Source: an uncultured Clostridium sp. (GTDB lineage: Bacteria > Bacillota > Clostridia > TANB77 > CAG-508). From it: a stretch of DNA of 64,000 nt. Positions 1 to 9,598 of the stretch are shown here, one piece after another (the stretch's first letter is position 1; each line of letters opens with the position of its first letter). The stretch is from NCBI GenBank assembly GCA_947648215.1, contig CANSMW010000007.1:7082-71081 (forward strand), read 5' to 3'. The notes under the pieces are model-generated. The model was given only the letters and a program-made list of their open reading frames with translations. It had not been told where the DNA came from and did no database searches. The position numbers were made by a program, and so were the translations under genes.

Positions 1-195
1 AAATCTTTTTACCATCAACTTCTTGTTGTCTCATTGATAATAAGAATTTTTCAATTTTATTGGTATCTTCCATAAGTTTTAAACAAGTATATACATTTCT
101 ATCTGGTGATGTATTTTCTACCTCCTTATGCTCATCTGAAACTTTTACTCTCTTTAAAAAATCACTATCTCTGTTTGCCATTATTCACCCTCCTA
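1..195 (-). CDS. Hypothetical protein, 5' portion only; the gene runs off the window start.
   Basis: ATG at 193-195 preceded by a GGAGGG ribosome-binding site on the minus strand. Open frame to position 1 (MANRDSDFLKRVKVSDEHKEV...). The plus-strand ORF 60..260 in the track is its antisense artefact. Confidence 0.4.
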
Positions 196-407
196 TAAAT
201 AATCTTTTTATAATAATTTTGAAAATATGTTACTATTTTTTACAAAATTTTATTTTTTAAACTTCTTATAAATTACTTTTTTTATTTTTAGCATTGTTGC
301 TTATATTTCTATTTATTTTTGTATTTATTTCGACAATTTACTTGAATTTATTTTGCTTTTAGTATAGTATAGTAGAAGAAATTTAATTTGTACCAAGGAG
401 GTATTTT

Positions 408-1547
408 TTGATGCCAAGAACAACAAAAGATGTAGCTAAATCAGTAAAACAGAAAAAAGATGAAAATACTGAAGTAAAAAAGGTTCCTAAAAAGACCGCA
501 ACTACTAAAAAAGCTACTACAAAACAAGATGCTACTGCATCTACAAAATCTAAAAAAGTTACTACTAAAAAGGAATCTACTGCTACTACAAAAAAATCCA
601 CTTCATCTACCACAAAAAAAACAACAACTGCCAAAGTACCTAGTACTTCTACTACTAAAAAAACTACAACTAAAAAAGCGAAGGCTTCTAGTTCTTCTAA
701 AAAAGCTACAGCTACAAAAACAAAGACATCTAGTACTTCTTCTACTAAGAAAGCTACAACTGCAAAAGCTAAAGATTCTAGTACTTCTTCTACTAAGAAA
801 GCTACAACTGCAAAAGCTAAGGATTCTAGTGCCTCTTCTACTAAGAAAACTACAACTGCAAAAGCTAAGGATTCTAGTGCTACTTCTGCAAAAAAAACAA
901 CGGCTTCTAGTTCTTCCTCTACTAGAAAAAACGCAGTTGCAAAAAAGAAAATCGAGATTTTGGAATATTATGATTTGCCTTATCGTTATAACCAAACTAC
1001 TGTTAAAGTACTTGCACAAACACCAGAAATGCTATTTGTGTATTGGGATATTTCAGATGAGGATCGTTTAACATATACTACCAAATATGGAGAAGACTTT
1101 TTTTCTAAAACAAAACCTGTTTTGCTAGTTCATAATACTACCATGAATTACACCTTTGAAATTGAAATTAATGATTTTGCCAATAGTTGGTATTTACATG
1201 TAAATGATGCAAATTGTGACTATGTTATTGAACTTGGTAGACGTCCTAATCATTACCAAAATACAGTAAAAGACCCTTACATCTATATTGCCTCTTCTAA
1301 TGAAATGGAAACACCAAATGATCATATTTTATTTGAACGTTTCGACCCTCATGTCACTTACCGTAATGTTAAAACAGGACAAGTTACAGAAAAACACTTT
1401 TCGCATTTATCCAATTTTAAAAACATGCAAAAAATTTATGGTATTTATGATTTATATAAGCAGATTTATAAAAACGAATTATTTGATGAAATCGTTGACG
1501 GTAATTTAATAAATCCATCTTCCCTTTCATCTTCTAGTTTCAAATAA
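408..1547 (+). CDS. DUF4912-like protein with an N-terminal Lys/Thr/Ser-rich repetitive extension.
   Basis: AGGAGG ribosome-binding site upstream. The C-terminal roughly 190 aa (LEYYDLPYRYNQTTVKVLAQTPEMLFVYWDISDEDR...) resemble the DUF4912 family, which is usually encoded next to GH57 enzymes. The N-terminus has imperfect roughly 60-nt repeats encoding KKATTAKAKDSSTSST. Confidence 0.6.
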   Translation: MMPRTTKDVAKSVKQKKDENTEVKKVPKKTATTKKATTKQDATASTKSKKVTTKKESTATTKKSTSSTTKKTTTAKVPSTSTTKKTTTKKAKASSSSKKATATKTKTSSTSSTKKATTAKAKDSSTSSTKKATTAKAKDSSASSTKKTTTAKAKDSSATSAKKTTASSSSSTRKNAVAKKKIEILEYYDLPYRYNQTTVKVLAQTPEMLFVYWDISDEDRLTYTTKYGEDFFSKTKPVLLVHNTTMNYTFEIEINDFANSWYLHVNDANCDYVIELGRRPNHYQNTVKDPYIYIASSNEMETPNDHILFERFDPHVTYRNVKTGQVTEKHFSHLSNFKNMQKIYGIYDLYKQIYKNELFDEIVDGNLINPSSLSSSSFK

Positions 1548-1651
1548 ATGACCTAAGTTAGTGGCTTTGTCACTTACAAATCATTATATGCGTTAGAATA
1601 AATGTGGGCAGATATTAAATCTGCCCCTACAAATTTACGAAGGAGAAATCT

Positions 1652-3244
1652 ATGAATAAACAAGAAAAAGGCTATGTTAGTTTTGTTTTACATGCACATC
1701 TACCCTTTGTGCATCATCCAGAAAGTGAACATTATTTAGAAGAAGAATGGCTATTTGAAGCAATTTCCGAAACCTATCTTCCTTTACTTACGAATTTTAA
1801 CAAATTAGTGGAAGAAGGGGTTAATTTTCGTATTACCATGTCGATGACACCTCCTCTTCTTAATATGTTAGATAATAAACTATTACAGAAACGTTATATA
1901 AACTATTTAAAAAAACATATTGAACTTTCAAAAAAAGAAATCAAACGCACCTCCTATGATGCACGTTTAAATGAACTATCGTATTATTATTTTGACCGTT
2001 ATTCTAATGACTTACACATTTTTCAAGATGTGTATCACGGTAACATCATTGAAGGTTTTAAACATTTGCAAGACGTTGGTGTATTAGAAATTATTACCTG
2101 TGGTGCAACCCATGGTTATTTTCCAATTTTATATATTAACGAAAATACCGTAAAAGTTCAAATTGCAGTAGGTGTACAAACTTATGAAAAATATTTTGGA
2201 AGAAAACCTCGTGGTATTTGGCTTCCAGAATGCGGTTATGTGCCAGAAGCTGACAAATATTTAAAAGAATTTGGAATTGAATATATTATTACCGAATCCC
2301 ATGGTATTTTATATGCTAACCCTACCCCTGTATATGGTACCTATGCACCTATCGTTTCTCCCACTGGCATGGTTGCCTTTGGACGTGATATTGAATCTTC
2401 TCGTCAAGTATGGAGCTCAATTAATGGTTATCCAGGGGATTATAATTACCGTGAATTTTACCGTGATATTGGGTATGACGTGGATTATGATTATATCAAA
2501 CCATATCTTACCTATGATGGTGTTCGTGTTCCTACTGGCATTAAATATTACCGCATTACCGGAGATACCAGCGAAAAAGACTATTACAACCCAAGATGGG
2601 CTATGGATAGTGTGGAAAAACAAGCTGGGCATTTCTTTGATTGTAGACAAGCACAAATTACAAATTTAGCCAATCATATGGATACTCCACCCATTATTTT
2701 ATGCCCTTATGATGCAGAACTTTATGGCCATTGGTGGTATGAAGGTCCAGATTGGTTATATGTGTTATTTAAAAAAATATACTACGATAAGTGTGATTTT
2801 AAACTAATTACTCCTAGTGAATATATTGACCATTACCCAAATATTCAAGTATCTACTCCTTGCCGTTCTAGTTGGGGTGCCAATGGTTATAGTGGTGTAT
2901 GGCTAAACCCAACCAATGACTATGTACATAGGCATTTACATGTTGCTGGAGACCGTATGGTAGAACTTGTGCATTTATATCCAAATGAGACAAATACCTT
3001 AAGAAAACAAGCACTAAACCAATGTGCAAGAGAATTACTTCTTGCTCAAAGTAGTGATTGGTTATTTATTATTACCAATGGAACCATGGTAGATTACGCC
3101 AAAAAACGTATCAAAGACCATATTGGAAGATTTACCAAATTATACAACCAAATAAAATCCGATTCCATTGATGAGGAATTCTTAAAAGATATTGCCAAAA
3201 AAGACCCAATTTTTCCAGAAATTGATTATATGATTTATTATTAA
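1652..3244 (+). CDS. Glycoside hydrolase family 57 (DUF1957) 1,4-alpha-glucan branching enzyme-like.
   Basis: N-terminal motif VSFVLHAHLPFVHHPE typical of GH57. The 530-aa length fits. GAAGGAG ribosome-binding site. Adjacent DUF4912 partner. Confidence 0.8.
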   Translation: MNKQEKGYVSFVLHAHLPFVHHPESEHYLEEEWLFEAISETYLPLLTNFNKLVEEGVNFRITMSMTPPLLNMLDNKLLQKRYINYLKKHIELSKKEIKRTSYDARLNELSYYYFDRYSNDLHIFQDVYHGNIIEGFKHLQDVGVLEIITCGATHGYFPILYINENTVKVQIAVGVQTYEKYFGRKPRGIWLPECGYVPEADKYLKEFGIEYIITESHGILYANPTPVYGTYAPIVSPTGMVAFGRDIESSRQVWSSINGYPGDYNYREFYRDIGYDVDYDYIKPYLTYDGVRVPTGIKYYRITGDTSEKDYYNPRWAMDSVEKQAGHFFDCRQAQITNLANHMDTPPIILCPYDAELYGHWWYEGPDWLYVLFKKIYYDKCDFKLITPSEYIDHYPNIQVSTPCRSSWGANGYSGVWLNPTNDYVHRHLHVAGDRMVELVHLYPNETNTLRKQALNQCARELLLAQSSDWLFIITNGTMVDYAKKRIKDHIGRFTKLYNQIKSDSIDEEFLKDIAKKDPIFPEIDYMIYY

Positions 3245-3271
3245 AGAGGTATGCAATCTACCTCTTTTGTA

Positions 3272-4438
3272 TTATGCAAATTCTTCCCACACAAGATTGG
3301 CAAAATCTAGTCCCCTATTTGTCAATTTTATCGTGTCTAAGTCTATTTCTATTAATTCCTGTTTTACTAATTTTTCTAATTCTTTTTTGAAAAGATAGAT
3401 TGGATTTTGGATAAATTTAGCTTTAAATTCAGCTATGGATACTCCTTGTATTTTTCTTAATCCCAATAACATATATTCTTTTTCTTCGTCTTCTTTGGTT
3501 TGGATTTCGTGGATGGTTTGTTTTTCATGGGCAGACTTTAACCCTTCCCCTGCCATGTAATCTTGTAGATTGGTGGTGTTGGAATATCTGGTTTTATTGT
3601 AGTAGGAATGAGCAGCAAGTCCATACCCTAGGTATGATTTTTGGCTCCAGCAGTTTTGGTTATGTTTGGAACTCTTTTGTGGTTTTGCGAAATTGGAAAT
3701 TTCGTAGTGGAGATAGCCGTTTTGTTCTAATATCTTTTTTGTGCTCCAGTACATGTTTCTTTCGGTTTCTTCGTCTGGTAAGATTAGTTTTCCTTCTTCT
3801 ACCAAGGTAGCCATTGGGGTCCCTTCCTCTAGTATTAGTGAGTACAAGGAGATATGTTCTGGGGTTAGGTTGATTACTTTTTGTAAGCTATCTTTTAGAA
3901 TTTCTTCGGTTTGGTTTGGTAGTGCCAGCATTAAATCTACATTAATATTGGAAAAGCCGATTTTTCTTGTTAACCCATAGGTCTCTAAAAATTGCTCATA
4001 GGTATGAATTCTTCCCATTTGTTTTAATATTGCATTATCCGCTGATTGCAAGCCTATACTTAAACGATTGATTCCTGCTTGTTTATAATCTTCTAGTTTT
4101 TCTTTGGTAACCGTTCCCGGGTTTACTTCTATGGTTATTTCTGCTTGTTTATCGATTTCGTAATTTTCTTTTATGGTATTTAGTATTCTAACAATCGCTT
4201 TACTATCTATATAAGAGGGGGTTCCCCCGCCAAAGTAAATGGTAGTTACCAAATATCCCTTTGCTTTTTCTTTATTTTCTTCAATTTCTTTCTTTAATGC
4301 TTGTATATACTCTTTTTCCCACATTTCACTTTTTGCAAACGATACGAAATCACAATACAAACATTTTTGTTTACAAAAAGGAATATGCACATAAATTCCC
4401 AACTCTTCTTTCATTTGCTTTTCCTCCCATCTGCACAA
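3272..4438 (-). CDS. hemW: Radical SAM family heme chaperone HemW (coproporphyrinogen III oxidase-like).
   Basis: CxxxCxxC radical SAM motif in GIYVHIPFCKQKCLYCDF. HemN/HemW-like C-terminal domain. The true start is probably the internal Met in MKEELGIYVHIPF. Confidence 0.8.
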   Translation of the reverse strand: MCRWEEKQMKEELGIYVHIPFCKQKCLYCDFVSFAKSEMWEKEYIQALKKEIEENKEKAKGYLVTTIYFGGGTPSYIDSKAIVRILNTIKENYEIDKQAEITIEVNPGTVTKEKLEDYKQAGINRLSIGLQSADNAILKQMGRIHTYEQFLETYGLTRKIGFSNINVDLMLALPNQTEEILKDSLQKVINLTPEHISLYSLILEEGTPMATLVEEGKLILPDEETERNMYWSTKKILEQNGYLHYEISNFAKPQKSSKHNQNCWSQKSYLGYGLAAHSYYNKTRYSNTTNLQDYMAGEGLKSAHEKQTIHEIQTKEDEEKEYMLLGLRKIQGVSIAEFKAKFIQNPIYLFKKELEKLVKQELIEIDLDTIKLTNRGLDFANLVWEEFA

Positions 4439-4457
4439 AATGAAACCTCGTACAATA

Positions 4458-4511
4458 AAGGTCCCTTTACTTAAGGGGGCTGTCGTTCGAAGAACGACTG
4501 GGGGGTCTTAA
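4458..4511 (-). repeat. Short palindromic repeat element, family 1, copy A, in inverted orientation relative to copy B.
   Basis: The reverse complement TTAAGACCCCCCAGTCGTTCTTCGAACGACAGCCCCCTTAAGTAAAGGGACCTTT is more than 85 % identical to copy B at 5426..5483. It overlaps the last roughly 10 codons of whiA. Confidence 0.7.
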
Positions 4512-5391
4512 CTCCCTTGCTATTTCGCAAATTTTCTTTAACCTATGGTTTACCCCAGATTTTCCGATTGGAGGTTCTAGCATGTTTCCTAACTCTAGTA
4601 AACTTGCCTCTGGATGGGCTTGTCTTAAATTTGCAATCTCTTTTAAATTTTCTGGAAGCATGTCAAATTTCCTGTTTTTCTTTAAATATTCAATCTGTTT
4701 TATTTGTTCTACCGATGCATTAATGGTTTTATTTAAATTAGCAGTTTCGCAATTGACTAAACGGTTTACGTTATTTCTTGTATCACGTACCACACGAATT
4801 TCTTCAAAATTTAGTACTGCTTTTCCAGCCCCCATAAGAGCTAAGGTTTTTGAGATTTCTTCCGCTTCTTTTAAATAAATCGCAATATTACTTTTTTTGG
4901 TTAGAACTTTTGCCGGAATTCCAAAGGCTTGTAGTACCATAAGTACAAAATTGGCATTTTCTTTGTTTTGTAGACGTATTTCAAAATGATATTGATGCTG
5001 TGGGTTGTTGCAAGACCCACCACCTAGGAAGCATCCTCTTACCAATGCTTTTAATATGGCTTCCTTTTTTTTGATATCGATTTGCTTTAAATTGACACAT
5101 AACCCTATGGCATTATTCTCATACGTTATTTCTTCTATTTCTAATTTTTTGCAAGTAATAACATATACCTTTCCCTGTAATTCGATTTTGTAATCAACAC
5201 CTAAATTGCTTAGTAATTTGCCAAATCGATTAATATTGTACTCATTTTGGGTTGTATATTTTAGTTTTCCTCTTGCGATATTCGTATTGTTACTAATCAA
5301 ATACCCGAATCAGTTCCCATTTCACGCATTCCTTGTTTGCTAATGTATTTAATTTGCTTAATTCTTCTTTTAATTCTCTTGAAAAAGACAT
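4467..5391 (-). pseudogene. whiA: Sporulation/cell-division regulator WhiA, interrupted by a single-base frameshift near 5293-5305.
   Basis: The N-terminal 32 codons (MSFSRELKEELSKLNTLANKECVKWELI...) are in one frame and end at TAG. The remaining 277 aa (..YLISNNTNIARGKL...KALVRGCFLGGGS...HTH) continue in another frame. The combined length of about 309 aa matches WhiA. The ORF track shows only 4467..5300. Confidence 0.7.
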
Positions 5392-5425
5392 TTATTTTCA
5401 CCTTCTTTATTGTGTTATTGGTTCT

Positions 5426-5483
5426 TTAAGAACCCCCAGTCGACTACGTCGACAGCCCCCTTAAGTAAAGGGGCCTTTTTTTT
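5426..5483 (+). repeat. Short palindromic repeat element, family 1, copy B. It ends in a hairpin plus T8, so it looks like a terminator.
   Basis: TTAAGAACCCCCAGTCGACTACGTCGACAGCCCCCTTAAGTAAAGGGGCCTTTTTTTT. It contains two GTCGAC palindromes. The CCCCTT/AAGGGG stem is followed by a T-run. Confidence 0.7.
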
Positions 5484-5501
5484 AGTATACCTCCGTGAGA
5501 C

Positions 5502-5538
5502 GGACGACTGCTAGTCGCCCCTACATTTCTTTATTTTC
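5502..5538 (+). repeat. Hairpin element, family 2, copy 1 (GGACGAC-N5-GTCGCCC-CTACATTTCTTTATTTTC).
   Basis: Stem and 3' tail are nearly identical to the copy at 55365..55400 and share the tail with 36835..36876. Confidence 0.55.
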
Positions 5539-5550
5539 AACAGTTACACC

Positions 5551-6396
5551 TTAAATTGCTTTTTTTGCCATAATCATTCTGTTATTTCCAGATAGGTCTT
5601 TTTTTGTTTGTATTTCGCTATATTCTCCCGTTTCTTGTATGATACGAACAACTTCTTCTTTTTGGTCATAGCCAATTTCTAAAAATATGGCTCCGTTTTT
5701 TTCTAGAAATTTTCCTGCTTGTTGTAATATTTTCCTGTAAAATATTAGTCCATCGGCTCCGCCATCTAAAGCAAGCATTGGTTCTTTTTGCACTTGTGGC
5801 TCTAAGGTAGCAATCACTTCCGTTTTAATATATGGTGGGTTTGATACGATGACATTAAACTTTCCTTCTACTTTTTCAAATAAGTCCGATTGTAGAAAGG
5901 TCACGTGATTTATTTTGTTTTGTTTTGCATTTTTCTTTGCTACTTCTAATGCTTTTATACTAATATCCACTGCTACAATTTCACAATCTGGAAGATATTT
6001 TCCAAGTGAAATCGCAATGGCACCACTTCCTGTGCATAAGTCTAATATGCGAAGCTTTTCTTTTTTGTTTTTACAGTATGCAATTACTTCTTCTACTGTA
6101 ATTTCCGTATCTGCCCTTGGGATTAGTACATTTTCTTCTACGTAAAAATCTAGTTTCATAAATTCTTGATGATGCGTAATATATTGAAGTGGATACCCCT
6201 CTTCTAATTTTCGTATAAATTTCCTATACTCTTCCTTCTTCTCGTCTTTCATTTCTTTTGTATTATGAGCCATGATATACTCCTTTTCTACTCCTAAACA
6301 ATAGCTAAGTAGTAATCTTGCTTTCAATTTTGGCTCTTCGATTCCTTTTTGTTGTAACTGTTCTATTGCCCACAATAAATTTTCCTGTATCGTCAT
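5551..6396 (-). CDS. prmC: Release-factor glutamine N5-methyltransferase PrmC (HemK).
   Basis: Catalytic motif NVIVSNPPYI and an SAM-binding region LDLCTGSGAIA. The 281-aa length fits. Confidence 0.85.
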   Translation of the reverse strand: MTIQENLLWAIEQLQQKGIEEPKLKARLLLSYCLGVEKEYIMAHNTKEMKDEKKEEYRKFIRKLEEGYPLQYITHHQEFMKLDFYVEENVLIPRADTEITVEEVIAYCKNKKEKLRILDLCTGSGAIAISLGKYLPDCEIVAVDISIKALEVAKKNAKQNKINHVTFLQSDLFEKVEGKFNVIVSNPPYIKTEVIATLEPQVQKEPMLALDGGADGLIFYRKILQQAGKFLEKNGAIFLEIGYDQKEEVVRIIQETGEYSEIQTKKDLSGNNRMIMAKKAI

Positions 6397-6498
6397 TTTT
6401 CTTCTCTTTTCTTCTTATCTTTCCTATATTTTACAAAAGATAGAGACTTTTTTCAAGTTCTCTATCTTTATTTTGATAAACTCTTTTACTTACTTTCT

Positions 6499-7011
6499 TT
6501 ATCCAAAGAAACATAGGAAAATAACAGCAGCAATTAGCATTGGTCCTGCTAAATTCTCACTTTCAAATGCTTCCTCGGGTGTATTTTCTGGTATTTCATC
6601 TACTACTGTAATTCGTGCATAATCAACATCCGTATATTGAAATCCCATACGAAATTCACGTGATTTATATGGTATTAGATGATTTAGCTCTACATACTTT
6701 GTCCCCATACATACATCTCTTTTACTATACAAATCAATTTTCACATATGCCGTGGACATAACTTCATTGGTATGTGTAACACTTCCCCCTACATATCCAT
6801 TTACATAGGTTGCTTTTGCCTCTGTTATATCAATTTGCATACCAATTGGCTCTGTTTTATAGGTATCAATTGGGTCATAGGTTGCCTTTAATGCAATATC
6901 AATCATAATATTTGAAAAAATAAAAAATAAAATCACACAAAGTGCATAAATTCCAAATGTTCGAATTCGGTTTCCCTCTGCTCCTTTTCCCGTTATATTA
7001 ATCTTCCACAT
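6499..7011 (-). CDS. Hypothetical small protein with an N-terminal and a C-terminal hydrophobic (TM-like) segment.
   Basis: Only ORF-level support, plus hydrophobic termini (N-terminal FGIYALCVILFFIFSNIMI, C-terminal LAGPMLIAAVIFLCFFG). Confidence 0.35.
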   Translation of the reverse strand: MWKINITGKGAEGNRIRTFGIYALCVILFFIFSNIMIDIALKATYDPIDTYKTEPIGMQIDITEAKATYVNGYVGGSVTHTNEVMSTAYVKIDLYSKRDVCMGTKYVELNHLIPYKSREFRMGFQYTDVDYARITVVDEIPENTPEEAFESENLAGPMLIAAVIFLCFFG

Positions 7012-7081
7012 ATCAATTACTCCGTTTCTTTATTAAGATAGACCTATTATATCATAGATAACATAATTTGTAAACTCGAAA

Positions 7082-7638
7082 TTAATACCATTCCATTATA
7101 TCTTGCAAATCTTTTCTCGGTCTTGGATTTGGTTTTACATTAGGAATACCCAAAGAAATTACACAATCTAATTCTAAATCTTCATGATTTACCATTTTCG
7201 CTACTTTTTTAGAAACATATATAATATCTCTAATCCATAAGCTACCCATCCCTAACTCAGTTGCTCTTAAACACATATTCTGAACACAGGCAATTGATGA
7301 ATTATCTCCTATAATCCAATTATCCTCTTTGGGTCTAAATATTAAAACTAAGATTGGCGCTTGTTTTATTACTTTTGCAGTAGAATTAATACCACTCGAT
7401 ATGTTTATTTTCTTTTTTATTTGTTTTTCTTCGTTTCTTCTAATATATTCCATCATGAGATCAGCTACTTTGTCATTTACCTCATTTTTTATTACTACAA
7501 AATACCAAGGTTGTCTATTTTTAGCCGATGGAGCCAATCTTCCACAATTTAATATATCTTCTACTACTTCTTTTTTAATTTCTTCCTATTTAAAATTTCT
7601 TATACTTCTACGCTCTTGAACTGCTTTGTTTACTTCCA
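7082..7638 (-). pseudogene. Nitroreductase-family protein with an in-frame amber (TAG) codon at 7585..7587.
   Basis: ATG at 7638 gives MEVNKAVQERRSIRNFK, then TAG, then EEIKKEVVEDILNCGRLAPSAKNRQPWYF..., a canonical nitroreductase N-terminus. The track shows only 7082..7537 (starting at TTG). The first 31 nt overlap the 3' end of the upstream gene in another frame. Confidence 0.65.
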
Positions 7639-8990
7639 TACTTTACATTTTCACCCACTTTAAAAACATTGTTCATATAGTATTCTTCCTCTATGTACTT
7701 CATAATTGCCTTTGCTGCTTCTTTTCCTGAACGGCTTGCCCATGCTACTGTTGCTTTGGTTCCACTAATGTCTCCTCCTGCAAATACCTTTTGTCTTGAT
7801 GTTCTATAATTTTCGTCAATTTTAATATTACCTCTTGAGGTTAATTCTACTCCTAAGTCTTCTACAATCCTTTGTTCTGGTTTTGAGCCTACTGCTATTA
7901 TGACATAATCTATTGGTAACATAAAATTACTGCCCTTTATATCAACTGGTACTTCTCTTGTTTCTCCTTCTTTTTTTACCAGTTGTGTTTTGATACATTC
8001 CACTTCGGTTACAATTTCTTTTCCTTTTATTTCTACTAAATTTGTTTGAAATAAAAACTTAATTCCTTCTTTTTTAGCATCCTCTATTTCTTTTCTTTCT
8101 GCTGGCATTTGTTTTTCGGCTCTTCGGTAAATAATCGTAACCTCTTTTGCTCCCATTCTTTTTATGGTTCTAGCAGTATCCATTGCTACATTTCCTCCAC
8201 CAATTACTGCTATTCTTTTTTCTTCATAATTTGGATGAGAACCATGTTCTAATAATTCATTTCCTCCATAAACTCCTTGTAAATTTTCTCCTTGTATCCC
8301 CATTTTTGCCGAAATATTGGCTCCTATTGCAATAAAAATAGCATCATAGTCTTTTTCTAAATCTTCTAATTTATAATCTTTGCCAAGACTTTTTCCATAT
8401 TGAACCTCTATCCCTAAGTTGACAATTTTTTGTATTTGTTTATCAAGGATGTCCTTTTCTAACCTAAAATCTGGAATACCATGTCTTAAAATTCCTCCAA
8501 GTTTGTCATACTTTTCATATATCGTAACCTCATAGCCATTTCTTACAAGCCACGCTCCTGCTGTTAAACCTGCTGGTCCTCCCCCTATGATAGCAATTCT
8601 TTTTTCTTTTTTTTGCGTATGGAATTTTGGAATTTCATATTGCTCCTTAATCCCCATATCGCCAACATATGCTTCTAATTCTCCAATACTAACCGATTCG
8701 CCTTTTATTCCACGTACACAAGCTCCTTCACATTGGCTTTTATGTGGGCAAATTCTGCCACAAATTGGAGATAATACGCTTGTATTACACAAAATGTGAT
8801 ATGCCTCTTCATATTTTTCTTCTTTCATACACGCAATAAATTCTGTAATATCATTCTCCAAAGGACATCCCTTTTTACACATTGCCACTTTACAACCTAA
8901 GCAGTAATTTGCTTTATTCTTTATTTCTTCTTTACGATATTCCATATTCTTTCCTATATCATATATTATTTTATATGACATTTCCTCCAT
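7608..8990 (-). CDS. GltD-like NAD(P)H-dependent oxidoreductase (glutamate synthase small-subunit / dihydropyrimidine dehydrogenase family).
   Basis: N-terminal 4Fe-4S cysteine motifs (CLGCKVAMCKKGCP...CGRICPHKSQCEGAC) and an FAD/NAD Rossmann motif IAIIGGGPAGLTAG. The 460-aa length fits. Confidence 0.75.
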   Translation of the reverse strand: MEEMSYKIIYDIGKNMEYRKEEIKNKANYCLGCKVAMCKKGCPLENDITEFIACMKEEKYEEAYHILCNTSVLSPICGRICPHKSQCEGACVRGIKGESVSIGELEAYVGDMGIKEQYEIPKFHTQKKEKRIAIIGGGPAGLTAGAWLVRNGYEVTIYEKYDKLGGILRHGIPDFRLEKDILDKQIQKIVNLGIEVQYGKSLGKDYKLEDLEKDYDAIFIAIGANISAKMGIQGENLQGVYGGNELLEHGSHPNYEEKRIAVIGGGNVAMDTARTIKRMGAKEVTIIYRRAEKQMPAERKEIEDAKKEGIKFLFQTNLVEIKGKEIVTEVECIKTQLVKKEGETREVPVDIKGSNFMLPIDYVIIAVGSKPEQRIVEDLGVELTSRGNIKIDENYRTSRQKVFAGGDISGTKATVAWASRSGKEAAKAIMKYIEEEYYMNNVFKVGENVKYGSKQSSSRA

Positions 8991-9166
8991 AAAATTTTAC
9001 TCCATTTATTTTATTATGAACCAAAAAGAATGTCAATTCTTCCTGACCAGTCATCCACCAAAAAACAATATCCGTAAAAACTTGCTATTAAAAGGATTCA
9101 AAACTTTTTTCATCTTTTATACATCGATTATAACAAATGTTTAAACTCTTTTTCGTGATTATTTTG

Positions 9167-9598
9167 TTAATTCCCTGTCCGTGCGACTTGTTCTAAAATT
9201 TCTGTTACAAATTGTTTTAGTTTTGGGTTTAGCATAAATTGGTCTTTGCACCTTTGCCAATAAGTTAACTGGTATTCTTTTGTCCAATTTTTTCCTTGGT
9301 ATACTTTTCCTGCTGCTAGTTGGTCACATATCATTTCACAAGCATAGCAAAATGGCATGATTGGTAAACTTTTGGGTGCATTTGGGTCATACCAATATTC
9401 TGGATGATGTTTGTTTCTTCCCTTATGGTGCAACCAGGCTACCGAATACCCATAGTCTTCCTTTGCATATTGAATTGGACTTCTTTTTCCATCTTGGTAA
9501 TATTTTACCCCTTGCCAAAATTCTGTAGGCGAAAATTTCGATAAATCATGTACCAATCCTCGAAAGGGAATTCCTGCTCTACAACACAAACCAAACAC
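9167..9598 (-). CDS. Hypothetical HD-domain-like protein with an uncertain start.
   Basis: The motif H..(24 residues)..GLVHDLSKF resembles the H...HD signature of HD phosphohydrolases. Upstream in frame is MIKNFF, then TGA, then HLRNVLVHKW, so the gene may be N-terminally truncated by a nonsense codon, or it may start at GTG. Confidence 0.4.
   Translation of the reverse strand: MFGLCCRAGIPFRGLVHDLSKFSPTEFWQGVKYYQDGKRSPIQYAKEDYGYSVAWLHHKGRNKHHPEYWYDPNAPKSLPIMPFCYACEMICDQLAAGKVYQGKNWTKEYQLTYWQRCKDQFMLNPKLKQFVTEILEQVARTGN

Noticed and set aside
60-260. 66-aa plus-strand ORF at the window start.
   Set aside because: The opposite strand carries a better gene start (ribosome-binding site GGAGGG plus ATG at 195) with an open frame to the window edge. 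The plus ORF has no ribosome-binding site.
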